Assembly: GCA_900088475.1 (NCBI GenBank)
Contig: FLMG01000904.1
Span: 62,001-126,000, forward strand
Origin: Hyphochytrium catenoides
Lineage: Eukaryota > Protista > Hyphochytriomycota
Length of the DNA: 64,000 nucleotides
Direction of reading: 5' to 3'
Under the pieces are notes generated by a model that did not search any database, was not told the origin of the DNA, and saw only the letters and a list, made by a program, of their open reading frames with translations. A program made the translations under genes and the position numbers. Shown here one piece after another: positions 1-23,230 of the stretch; the stretch's first letter is position 1; every line of letters starts with the position of its first letter.

Positions 1-5
1 TATAG

Positions 6-7052
<7,047 letters not shown>

Positions 7053-8028
7053 TGGGCTGGTTTGGAGGTTCTCCTGGCTAGCCCCACCACCGTCATTAGG
7101 CAACTCTTAGAGTTATACTGCCAATATAAAAGTAAAGTTGGGTCGTTCTTATTTGAGCTTATCTCGCAAACACCGCAAGCTACTTATGTGAAGCGCTTTG
7201 GGTTAGAGGACCATTGTCTACGTCAATGCCCCTCGGGAATTATAGGGGCGATAAGGTGACAGTGGCCGGGACGATTGCCGAAGCCAGGGGCACATGCTTG
7301 GGATACAGCTACTCCTGCTTTCTCGCTTCCTCGACGTTCGATAGATCACCTGCTGACTCTAAGGCCAGGCCTAAGCGCTCGATACATACTCCCTTAAAAG
7401 CACCATATTTCGAGCTATTATAGGTTAACACGTTAACTAACACCTTGTAAGAATTGCTTGCCCGAAGGTGCAGGAGGTCCGCCACTGGAGGCTCTACCGT
7501 CCTCTGCACTGACCATAGCCCTACAGTCGACATACCGCTGCAGATGACGTCTGCTTCAGCAATTCTGCGATAGCAGCGACCTCGTTCATGCTTGCGCTCC
7601 CTTGGTGATAACTGACCTGGTAGACTGTATTGAGGCAGCGCAGGTCGGAGGATCAATGCCGGATTATTTCCTAGGGCACTGGCAGGTAGTAAGGAAGCCT
7701 ACATCATCACCAGATGATTCTTCTCCAGTTGTGCTGGTGACAAATGACCGTTTTTGGACTCGTCTGTCCCACTTCTTCCACTCTTCCTCTCCATCTCGCC
7801 GCCTCGGGTCAAGTCTTCTGTCTTCTTACTCGGGCCTCTGGGCAACGGCACGGCTTATGGACGGACAAAGGCACGCATCATGCCTTGTGCGGAGCCACTA
7901 CTGTCACTTGCTCTCGGGTCAAGAGGTCAGGTTTACTTGTCCATCTTTCTTCCTCGTAGATTTCTCTGTATAATAGTAAACGCCTTGAGAACGGTTCTGT
8001 AGTACCACTGTTTGGTACTGTGTGTTAC

Positions 8029-8080
8029 GGGGGGGGGGGGCTGGGGGGATGATTGTGGGTATGGGTGGGTTGGTGGGAGG
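8029..8080 (+). repeat. G-rich tract (G12, G6, then several GGG runs), potential G-quadruplex
   Basis: Sequence ggggggggggggctggggggatgattgtgggtatgggtgggttggtgggagg read directly, about 300 bp upstream of the ATG at 8380. Confidence 0.6.
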
Positions 8081-8379
8081 CGAGGAACAGGCTAAACAGC
8101 CTCAGCATCCATCATTGCCAGCGCTGCCTGTCTCTCTCGTCACATTCCATGCTTGGACGTGATCTGGAAGCAGACAGGCCCTCCCTTGTTGCCACTTGCT
8201 GAAGAAGCGGGCGGCAGTTTGGGCTGCTTGACATTCTTTTCACTTGTCAAAAGGAGGAACGGAGAAGCCCAGCCAAAGCTAACGTGATACATAATCCATT
8301 GCCGAGAAAGGTCAGTCCGCGCGCAGAAGAAATCTGCCCGCCGACCTAACACCTATCGGCCTTTCGGCAAAAGGGAGTC

Positions 8380-13196
<4,817 letters not shown>

Positions 13197-13987
13197 GCTT
13201 AAAGCCTGAACTTCCATTAAGCTTTCAACTTTATAAATATGCATCAACCAAACTAGTCGTCACTCCTGGTTGTCTCCATCCTCTCTCTATGCCCGCCGCC
13301 AGCAGAGCTCAACGTCAACGGCCAGAGGTTCTCGTGTCACCCATGTACGGCCCTCTTCTTGTCTTTAGCATTCAAGTTGCCCCTTCAGGCCAAGGGACAC
13401 TATCTGTGTGTGAGCGGAAGACGCCCATTTACGACATAGCATGGGTATACGATCCACCGTAAAACAACCGTAAAGCAGACAACGCTGGACCCTGTCGGAT
13501 GCACGGATAAGTCAAATGGACGAGCAGCAAACAGGCCATACTTCTTCCTCCGCTTTATTACAGCTAGACTCAAGCCAGGAGCGTGTCTTCCAGCTCCACA
13601 TAAAGGCGCCATGGGCCAGTCCTGGACAACTGTCGAAGAGTTGAGGCACTGGAACGAAGAGAGGGGAATGAGCCTGATACACTTTGGTGGGTTGTTATTA
13701 CGAGATGAGTTTCTTGGGGCCGAGCGCTAGGCGTTACCTCCTCTCACATGACATCAACATCAGAAGAAACCTGCAAAAGAGCGGAAAATCTAGCAATTTG
13801 CTCGATAATAGAAGCCCACCAGATGGGCGTGATGGTCGCTCTAACTGATGAAAGGGAAGCACTGGCAGTGATGCCATGAGCTCACGACTGGGAATCTTCT
13901 AAGTGTATCTTGCTCTGGTGCCAAGGAACGAGAGACAGGGAGCAGGTGTCCTGGTTGCAGCATTACTTGGCATTATCAAGTGGAGCG

Positions 13988-16900
13988 ATGCGGCTCTTCT
14001 TGCACTTTGACGGTTCGCAGGTGAATGGACCGAGCTTGACATTGAGGCTCAAGGACGAAGAGCTTGAGAACAAGAATATCGGACAATTAAAGCAAGTAAG
14101 AAGCGCTATACGCGCCTCCTAAGAATCGAATGATGGCCCTTACCAACAGAGTGTCCGATAGCACTTTATTAGGTCATACGCAGATGCTCATGGAACTGAT
14201 ATCCTAGCTGCTGACCTTACCCTGTGCCTCTCGGGGACTGGGAGGAGGTTGCAGGACAAGCGTAAGCTAATCGAGGTGCTAGAGGTAGGCTTCTGAAGTG
14301 ATTAGATGGCGTATTGGAGACTAAGCCAACCGCAGGATGGAGACGATATCGACATTATAAAGACTGGCACGAGCAAGAGAGGAGATGGATCCGGGTATCA
14401 GCTGTCAAGTGGCAGCACACAGAGAGCGGTGGCAGTTCCAAGAATGGAAGTAGAGAAGCCCCGGTCTTGCCCAGCACTGCAACAGTCTTTAGCTGAACAT
14501 CTAAATGCGGCTGAGAATTTCTACCGAGCCAAACAGTTGCGAAATGCTTGCATAGGTGAAGCTTGCTCAGCCTCAAAACTATCATCTAATAAGTACACGC
14601 ACAGTGACTATCCGTTCTTTAGTATGGAACCAGCTGTTACAAGTTCAAGAAAATTGTATAGATGCATGGCTGGGGCTGGCAGATGCCGACTATGCGAATG
14701 GGCGATGGAAGGAAGCTATTCAGAAGTACGCACGCGCAGCAGCGATAGCCATCAAGGGCCATCCAGCAGCGGAGCTCATTCAAGCTTATACTCTAGGCCA
14801 AAGAGGGAAAGCATTGCACGAGCTGAGAGATTATGCAGAAGCCCTCACGACCTTCGACAGCATCGCAGGGATTTTGCGAGCGCAGACCACGTTCTCCGAG
14901 AGCGGTGAGCCTCATCCTGGGCCATGCATGTGAAAGTTTATGTATGCGGATTTCTCTCTTCCCCACTGATCTCATGTGCAGGTATCGTTCACCCGATTGA
15001 ACCTCCCACAGCCGCGCAAGTTCACCTCTGGAGCTGCAAGACTCTCCTAGCGATGGAGGATCCAGCATGTTTGGAGTTAGCTATAAACCTGCTCAACGGC
15101 AAGTGCTCCAGAACAGTGTCTGGATACTCCTTCCGGCACAAGTGGGGCTAACACTCCATGTAGGGCTGCTACTAAGGGATGAGAATGACGCTGATGCGCT
15201 CCTCTTATATTGCAAAATATGGAAAAGGAAAGATAATTTCGCAGCTGCCCTGCAGTTGGCACTGAAGGTAACACACACTTCACTGATAAGTTCTTAGTAT
15301 CACTCCTTTTGCAGTCAGGTTGTCTCATCATTGTCAATGGGCATACTGTCCTTTCTCGCCTTATTTAGGTCATCACTCTAAAACCCAAGAGTAAAGATGC
15401 TAAGCGGCAGGTGGCGGACCTCCTGCGTCAAACTGGAGCGATAGGAGCTCTGAAAGAGGTAGAGGTTGTAGATTTGAGAGACCTCCAGCCAAAAGACTAC
15501 CAGCTGTTAGGTTGGAGTATGCAAGGGAAGGCGATGGATAGACTTAATCAATACCCGTCTCACGCTCTTACTTCCATGGCTTCTTTAGGAAGTGAAGCCC
15601 TCGCCATCGTCGGCTCCAGCATATGCATTTCTTGCAACGGTTGTCAAGGACCATGGCGCCGTGGATGCTTGTGCCGAACTGCTAAAAATTGCCCTGGAGC
15701 AGCAGCCAAGCAATGCTTCCTATGCGTTGAACTATATGCACGCTTTGGAGATACTTAACCGGTCAGTATACGGCGGCATATCATTCATTGATGGGTTCTC
15801 TCCTTTTTCTCATGTCCCTTCAGTTATGATAAGGCCCTAGCCGAAGCCCACCGCTTCCTTAAGGATAACGCCGGTCTCAGCATCACTTTACCACGATCGC
15901 GGCTGGGCAACTATTCAATCAGAGCCGGGTCGGTTGCGGGAATGCTAGAGGAAGTGCTTGGAGCTAGGAGAGTGGGATACATACCAGCGAAGGCATCGGT
16001 GAAGTTGGAATGGCGTGGAGGCAAAGATGGCTACGCGTATGCTACATCCATTGATGGCGAGGTCGTCAGTGACGCAGCAGCATGGAGAGGTAGACGATGT
16101 ACATTCCGTTATAACCTTCCTCCGAGGGTTCAACCGACTGACAAAAGACTCTATCCTTTTGTGTCTCGCCATTAGTGGACCACGCTAAAGTACCCCAGGA
16201 TGAATATGATCTCCTGGCGCTCTACTTTACCATAGTGAAGGTATGTTAGGGAACCTCGGCATTGTTCCACTAAGATCCGCCCATAAGCGTCTCCCTCCCC
16301 CTAGATTCTTTTCTTAAAAGGTGTCCTGCGTCCGATTCCGCGTCTCGTCAGCATGCTCGAGCCCTTTCGGTATATGCAGGATCTCCATCTCACGATGATC
16401 AGAAACGAGACAGCCTATTATTCATGTATTGCTCAGCTAATGGCAATCCACGACCCCCCGGTGTGCAAGTGTGCGAAGCCGTAGATCAGAGTTGAAAAAA
16501 CCATGCCCTAACGCACGTTATGCTTCTCAGTTTTTATCACAAGAGGAAGACTTGAACGTAGATAAGCCGCTTTATGTCTGTGGGGACTCTCATACTCTTG
16601 CTACCAGCTGGAGAGTGCTGGGAGTACAGGGAGAGTTGCGCTATCTTCATCCAGCGCTTGTGACGGGGCTTAAACATTGTAAGCGGGACGTTGGCTTCAC
16701 GTACATCGCGATGTGAGCTCATTGTCTGGCCCGACAGGGCATTTGAGGCCAGAAAGTGATTTCTATCCCAAGGTCAATTTCTTCAAATCGATAGAAACCA
16801 TTCCTTCCGGGTCAGAGGTCATTTTTATCTTCGGAGAAATTGATTGCAGGTACAGCCAACATCCCAACGCATTGCAAACGTGACCACCTTACCTTCCGCT

Positions 16901-17710
16901 GTTTGGCTCACCCTATTGCTCTGGCTTCAAGTCCACATCCTCAATAACGTGACCACATTCTTTCCTCGTTTGGCTCACCACCCTATTGCGTGCTCACTGA
17001 AGGGAAGGGATTTTGATGGCTGTCGAGAAGGGCAAGTATGAGGTAGGAATCCTGACAGGCATTCGTTAAATGGCCCTTCTCCTCCTCAAGCCCTTCAACT
17101 AGTCTATAGAAGTCGGGATGGCAACAACAATCGACATCTTCCTCGCCGCTCTGAAGGATGTCATGCGGTCAAAGAAGTTCAAGGTCCTGTGGGGTTGATG
17201 TGCCTCGTTCACAGCTTGCTCTCTTAAGGGTCTTCTGTCAAGCAGGTGTATCTCCATCCTGTGGTGCCCGTTTTGAATGAGACGCGTCACCTCGTAAAGG
17301 AGTATAATAGAATTTTCAAAAGCAAGGTCTCCAGCCTTCCTGATGTCAGGTAAGAGCAATTCGCCGGAGCTCAACAAAACAATCAATGATGAATAGGCGA
17401 GGATCAGGCGCTGAGTATTGGCGAAAGGGCTAGGGACGAGTAAACGGCTTTGGGATATGTGCTCCTTGGGCTAAAGAGAGTTTAATGCTGATCCAAATCT
17501 CAATAGGTGGCTCGACTTCTTTCCAGACCTGCTATCACCAGATGGGACGAAGGTAAGATTTCCCTACTTTGTTGCTTTGGTCCCTCTGATTTTAGGAGTC
17601 CTTATATAAATACCGTGTTGATTGTGTCTATAAAGCTAAGGAAGGGGCTAGAACTCGATGGAACTCATCTAAGCCCAAGCTATCTGAGGCTGCTGGAAAG
17701 GGCTATATGA
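13988..17710 (+). CDS. Conserved hypothetical protein: N-terminal ubiquitin-like fold, TPR repeats, C-terminal SGNH/GDSL-like domain, multi-exon
   Basis: N-term MRLFLHF...LTLRL...IGQLKQHFIRSY...LQDKRKLIEVLEDGDDIDII resembles a beta-grasp fold; TPR-like helices (AWLGLADADYANGRWKEAIQKYARA, LGQRGKALHELRDYAEALTTFD, AELLKIALEQQPSNASY); C-term YVCGDSH, FIFGEIDCREG, LDGTHLSPSY. Confidence 0.72.
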
Positions 17711-17794
17711 GCGGGACATCACCCCTGGTCCTGCTGCGGTCCTGTTGCACAGCCGGAATGTCTATGGCAAATAGTCAAGATCGCGAGTCAAATG

Positions 17795-20338
17795 CTACGA
17801 TAAGGGAGCTGCCGCGCGCACGTCCTCCTTTACGCCGTGCATCATAGACTTGAACTCATTGAGGTCAATCGATCCGTCTGCATTGCCGTCCACCAGTTTA
17901 ATAATCTCCCTGGCGTCTGCCAGGGTGAAGTTCTTCAACCCAAACAGTAGGAAGAATCGAAGCTGTTCATGCGCCAATAGATCCATAAGTTAGGTCAAGG
18001 ATGAGAGAAGCGAAGAGAGTGCGGCGAAGAGGAGGCCAAATTAACAGCGATAGACGGATTAAATCTCCGGTAGAGAACAGCTAGTGCAGAAGGGGATAGA
18101 TAATCAACGTCAGAAAGGTCATAATAGTGTATAGAGTTGTACCAGCTCCTCATCCGAGATAAAGCCATTCTTATCGTTATCCAAGACTTTGAACAAGTTC
18201 TCCAATGATTCGTCTTCAAGGTCGTTCCTCTTGGCAAAGAGGCTTCGAGCGATTATGACAAACTCCTTAAACTCCAGAACACCTTTGCAAAGAGGGCCAG
18301 CGACGGTCTGCACTATAGTGGATGGAAACGGTATACAGAACATATGCTTACCGTCTTTGTTGAGATCTGCCCTTTGCATAATCTCTTGCTGTTCTTTCTC
18401 ACTGAAGCATGGAAGAATGGTAAGTCAACCTTCTCATGTACAGGAACACGGGAATACCCACTTGATTGTCTGGCCGAGCGCCTGGAGGACTGCCGTCAGT
18501 TCATTCATGTCTATTCGGCCGTTGCCATCCACGTCAAACATGTCAAATGTTTGCCGGTACAGTTTCATTTCTTCCTCTGTAGCAATTTTCACCTGTTCCG
18601 CAGCTTGTTCTCTAGTAATATACCGTGTGAGACAGCCTTGGTTAATGGCTAGGATGAAGTGCGAATGGTCTGATCTACCGCTAACAAACCTGGATTTGAA
18701 CTCAGAGAGCTTCATCGACACAACCCCTGCAATCGCTGTAGCTTGAATTGTCTGTAGAAGATTTAGCGTAGCAAAGGCTCGAAGCCGCTGCTCGTGACCT
18801 GGGGGTAGGTCGGTAGCCTCCCGATTCTATAAATAAGGCAAGCCTTGTGATGTTTCGAGAGTTAAGGGCATTCACTGAACTTGTTAGGCGCACCTCCACA
18901 ACCTTGAACCATGGATGCTCCAACGCTTGTGCGGCGGTGTATCTCCGTTTGGGATCCGGATCCAAAAGATGGGCTATCAAGTCCTTGGCAGCTTCGGGAA
19001 GGGCGGTAAACCACTTTTCATCCTTGCAATATTCACCTAACAAGCCATGTATTCAGCCTGTCGTCATCTAGGGCGCTCAATGCGGCTATCTTTACCTTTG
19101 GACATTCTATCTAAAATTTGAACCTGGGATGAGTGGCCCGTCGTATCGAATGGGTGGACCCCGCAGAGGAGAATGTACATCAAAACTCCAGTGGACCACA
19201 TATCCGAAGTGGCACCATGTTGCTATAACACGGTATCATGTTTGTCACTGTCAATATTTGTACGTGGGCGATAAGTTACCTGTTCCTTGATGATCTCCGG
19301 ACTCCAGTACGCAAACGTTCCGTGAGCGGCTGGGTGCTTTACCATACGAGTAATATCTGGTAAAATTCTAGCTGACCCGAAGTCCTGTTCATCGAGCCAG
19401 TAAGTCAGTTCTTGGGTCACCCGATGACAGAAGTCAAGGCACGGCGCTTACCCCTAACTGGATGGAACCGCGTCGAGAGAGAGGAGGTGGCCAGTCGTTT
19501 GAAGTAAGAAGAACATTGTCTGGTTTGATATCACAGTGCAGTATGTTTTGAGTGTGAATGTAGTGGACGCTCTCCAGTAGCTGTCTTACTGAAATCCGAG
19601 AAACGGAACAGCATTAGTTAGCAGCACGTCTAGCCACGGAGCAGTCGGTCCTTAGCACGGATTCATACATATGTTAGCCGCATCCGCCTGGTTCTTTATA
19701 CCACCGCGAAGCAACCGCTCAAAGAGCTCGCCACCATCTGCACAGTCAAAGACTAGGCATAGACGGCCCTTGTGATCCCTTCGTACGTCGCGCAGCCGTA
19801 CAATATTTGGATGTCCCCTGACCTGCAGCAAAATATTCACCTCCTCCTGGTTGAATAGTTTCCTTGCGTTAAATGGGAGCCTCGAAGAGCGAATAAGTGG
19901 AATTTACCTCAATGTGCTCATCTAATGATGCTTTGCTGTCAATGACCTTTATCGCTACTTTATCTCCTGTTTCCTTATCGGAAGCTAAAAGGACATGTGC
20001 GAAAGCTCCTCTGCCCAACAGTCTAATCTTTTCATATTTATCATCTATCAGCTCCTTGACATCTTGAGAGCAGACAAAGAAAATTAGCTGCATAACCCAG
20101 GTAAGACGTCATTGAGAGCTGGGAAACCTTTGCTTCGGAACTCCTTCGGTCTAGGGACGGACTCCTCAGCATCCACAGCCTGCTGTGACGAGCTCAGCAC
20201 CAGACCAATGAAGGCGCCCAGCAGTAGCTGTCCGAAAACGTGACTCAAGCGCTCCTGTACGACGCTGCTGCGATGCAATTAGCTGTTGTGTTGGCTGTGC
20301 ATAACGTTCTTGGGATAATCAACGTACCACCTATACAT
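17795..20338 (-). CDS. Calcium-dependent protein kinase (CDPK-like): Ser/Thr kinase plus four EF-hands, multi-exon
   Basis: GRGAFAHV, VAIKVI, HPNIVRL, GGELFER, HCDIKPDN, DFG, GTFAYWSPE, DMWSTGV, LLDPDPKRRYTAAQALEHPW; EF loops DVDGNGRIDMNE, DLNKDGVLEFKE, DNDKNGFISDEE, DGNADGSIDLNE. Start at 20338 is inferred from a short predicted first exon. Confidence 0.9.
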
Positions 20339-22108
20339 CGGTCTGTGTGAGACCTTTGGCAATCCCCACACACGATGGTCTGCACCCTTCTTCGATCTCA
20401 AGCTAGACCTAGTCGGCCCTATCGTTAATTTACTAAGAAGTGCTTTGCCCGGTGTGGTCCTCAATGGACTCGTGCCCAGAGGTGGAGTGCTATAGGCGTT
20501 GCAGGAAAGACACAGTGGCACCACTTGTCCTCTAAAAGGCCGAGAGCCAAAACGACTCTGGCGGCGAGCTATCAAGGAGAGATAATGCATGGCTAGTTAA
20601 ATGTTCTGCCGGCAGGGCCTTGGTTATCCGCTTTCTGAACGTTCTTCGGCGGTTGGGTTAGCAACCTTAGTAATGACTAGACCCGTACATTGAAGTTAGG
20701 CTCCAACTCCATCGCAACGAGAGGTTGGCCCTTCACAGTGCATTGTCCCTGCTCTCTAGGGGCATGCCTGGCATAATTCAAGTCAAAAGAGAATGGGCCG
20801 TTCTCGCTGCGCTCTTCTAGCACTAGCACTACAGCGTAATGATGGGGAGCGGGAGGAGACGGCAGCTCTGCCTCTGCTTCAAACGGCTTTTTCACTGGAA
20901 AGCAGGCGGTGGTCCAGCACTCGAACTGATCAGTAATCCGATCCATCATCAACTCCCCTCCATCATCACAAATGGTGCCGGATCCAAATATAAGTATCCA
21001 TAAGTATCAAGCAGTGACGACCTAACACTTGAAACCTGGACTTGTGATATGGATTTCCCCTACTGTTTTTACCTTGGAGGTTTGTCGGTTTGGAATTGCT
21101 TTGGGGTAATAAGTATACCTGTAAAAGGAGCTTCTACTTATGCTTGTGAAGGTCCTCCTACAGTAGATCTATAGCAGCTCCATTCACTTGTTCGTGGATC
21201 ATTTTTCAAGGAAAGCGCTGTGTGGATGCTCTGCTCCAGAAGAGTTATATAATAAATGACGGCGCTCTCTTGATCATCATCGAAAAAAGAATCTCAGAAA
21301 GGAAGGTAGAGAAAGCGATGGGAATAATAGCTCTAGAGGAGACACAGCTTACAATAGTGTCAGTGCTCCGGCGATAGCAAACTGCGGTATCTAGCCTGGT
21401 TGACGAAGAGTAGGCACACAGTTCAAAAGAAGATAATAGAGAACTTTTTTGGCACATCCTACACGCGGTAGCGCGTCACGGCTTTGAAGAGAAGAGGGAT
21501 GATGACACCAAAGGTCTGCACCGCCGGGTGCCACCCTCTCCGGAGTCAGATGTCTCTGATCCGGTCATCGTGATCAGTGTGGCTACAGTGTAAACGTAAC
21601 TGCCTGTTTCTGCGGAGATCTATGCTATTAGCAGGATTCGCGTGACCAGGATCTCATTCGATAGTACCAAGACCTCAGTAGAGGGAAGTAAGGGAAGAAT
21701 CCGATGGGGGCGCAGGCTAAGGACGCGAATGCAATAGAAGAGTCGTAAAACGCACAACAAGGCGGAACTGTAGGCTCGGAGAGGAGCTTGACCTTGGCTT
21801 GGCCTGACACTCCATCTAAAGGGGAGGCAGACACTCTCACCTGTTGGGCCTGTGGAAGCGTTACACTTCGCTCAGGCTGTATAATATGTACTAATGAGCC
21901 ATTTTTATGTTTAAAATGAGAGAAAAGAGTCTCTGCCAGGCTGGATAACGCTCTCGCTTGTCCTATAAGAAACCTTCTAAAAGTAGCGAGTAGTGGGACG
22001 CGTGACCAATACGTACTTTATGGAATACTTATGTTACATGAAGACGGAGGAAGAGCAATAAATTATGGGAGAGAAGCCGTACAACTCCTGGGCACGGGGC
22101 CTAGGTCT

Positions 22109-23230
22109 CTATGCGTGCTGGAGCTGAGGGAGTTTTGGCAGTCTAAAGTTGTCTAAACACTGTCTTTGAGGAAACTGAATGGGTTTCAGGGCCCGATCAT
22201 TCGGGTTGACCTGCATCCCATTTGGGGAGTCATTGGACTTGATCTCGCCTGTAGATGAGTGGTCCTGTCTTTCATAATCTACCGGGTTTTGGACTGCTGC
22301 CGAGTGGAACCCATAACTAGCAGCGGCTTGCTGGTACGGCAAACCAGCGGAAGTCATAGCCTGTGTGGAAGATGGCCAAACGGCAGAAGCAGCCGCAGCA
22401 GCGGCTTGATGTTGTCGGGACACATCTTGGTAATAAGCTGCTGCAGCAGCTGCAGCCGCAGCGTTAGCTCCGGCAGATCCCTCCTCAGATGTATGCTCAA
22501 CAGCATATCTTGCAGCAGCAGCTGCTGCGGCAGGATAGTAGTTGGGATAGGCCATGCCCATGGCAGCAGCTGCGGCTGCTGCGGCATTTTGCGCCTGTCC
22601 CGGTACTCCAACGCCCGAAAGAAGGACACCAGGAGGAAGGTTAACCCCAGGAGCCAGCATGCCCATCAATCCTGGATGCATCATACCAAGGGGTTGAGGC
22701 ATCATGGCCATGCCGGGCGGAACCATGCCCAATGCGGACATCATATTGGCATGGACATACTGCGGCAGAGCCCGCTGGTCAGCCGCGAATTGGTTCAAGT
22801 GAGCCACGTTGTAGATAGAATTGAGGGGAAGCTCTGGTTGGCCGTAAGCTGCCTTCAATTTTTCCGCAGCATCTGCTGCAGTTTCCACTCGCGATCGTTT
22901 ACCGGCAGTCAACGCTGCAGCTCCCTGCAGGTGTTGGTCCTGAAATGACTCAGCTCCTGCCGCTGCTGCCTCTTCTCCTTTCCGCTTGGCTTGCCTGGAT
23001 TCCCTGGTCTTCTTATCAAAACTTCTTTGATACTCAATCTGTTTGTTGCGGTGGAACTCGCAGAGTGTATGAGGCTTGCCATTGCGTTTCAAAGCTCTCG
23101 GATTCTTGCATCTCCCTTTTTTATACAAACAAACATTCTTCTCATCAGGGGTGTTGTTTACTTGAACGTCGGCACTCTTGGATGAGGACGCATCGTCGTC
23201 GCTATGCTGCCCCTTCTTTTGACTCGCCAT
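22109..23230 (-). CDS. Intronless putative transcription factor with C-x6-C-x15-C-x2-H zinc-binding motif, basic helix and Ala/Gln/Pro/Met-rich tail
   Basis: ORF 22109-23374 with first ATG at 23230 (MASQKK); motif CLYKKGRCKNPRALKRNGKPHTLCEFHRNKQIEYQRSFDKKTR; low-complexity poly-Ala/Met/Pro C-terminal two-thirds. Confidence 0.75.
   Translation of the reverse strand: MASQKKGQHSDDDASSSKSADVQVNNTPDEKNVCLYKKGRCKNPRALKRNGKPHTLCEFHRNKQIEYQRSFDKKTRESRQAKRKGEEAAAAGAESFQDQHLQGAAALTAGKRSRVETAADAAEKLKAAYGQPELPLNSIYNVAHLNQFAADQRALPQYVHANMMSALGMVPPGMAMMPQPLGMMHPGLMGMLAPGVNLPPGVLLSGVGVPGQAQNAAAAAAAAMGMAYPNYYPAAAAAAARYAVEHTSEEGSAGANAAAAAAAAAYYQDVSRQHQAAAAAASAVWPSSTQAMTSAGLPYQQAAASYGFHSAAVQNPVDYERQDHSSTGEIKSNDSPNGMQVNPNDRALKPIQFPQRQCLDNFRLPKLPQLQHA

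Noticed and set aside
20677-22060. Possible additional spliced gene on the minus strand between CDPK and the Zn-finger gene
   Set aside because: Some splice-like signals and short protein-like frames exist, but I could not build a stop-free model or recognise a domain.
22259-22948. Long antisense/alternate-frame ORFs (also 1520-1990, 33004-33558, 35775-36260)
   Set aside because: Shadows of low-complexity or genuine coding sequence on the opposite strand; no independent motifs.
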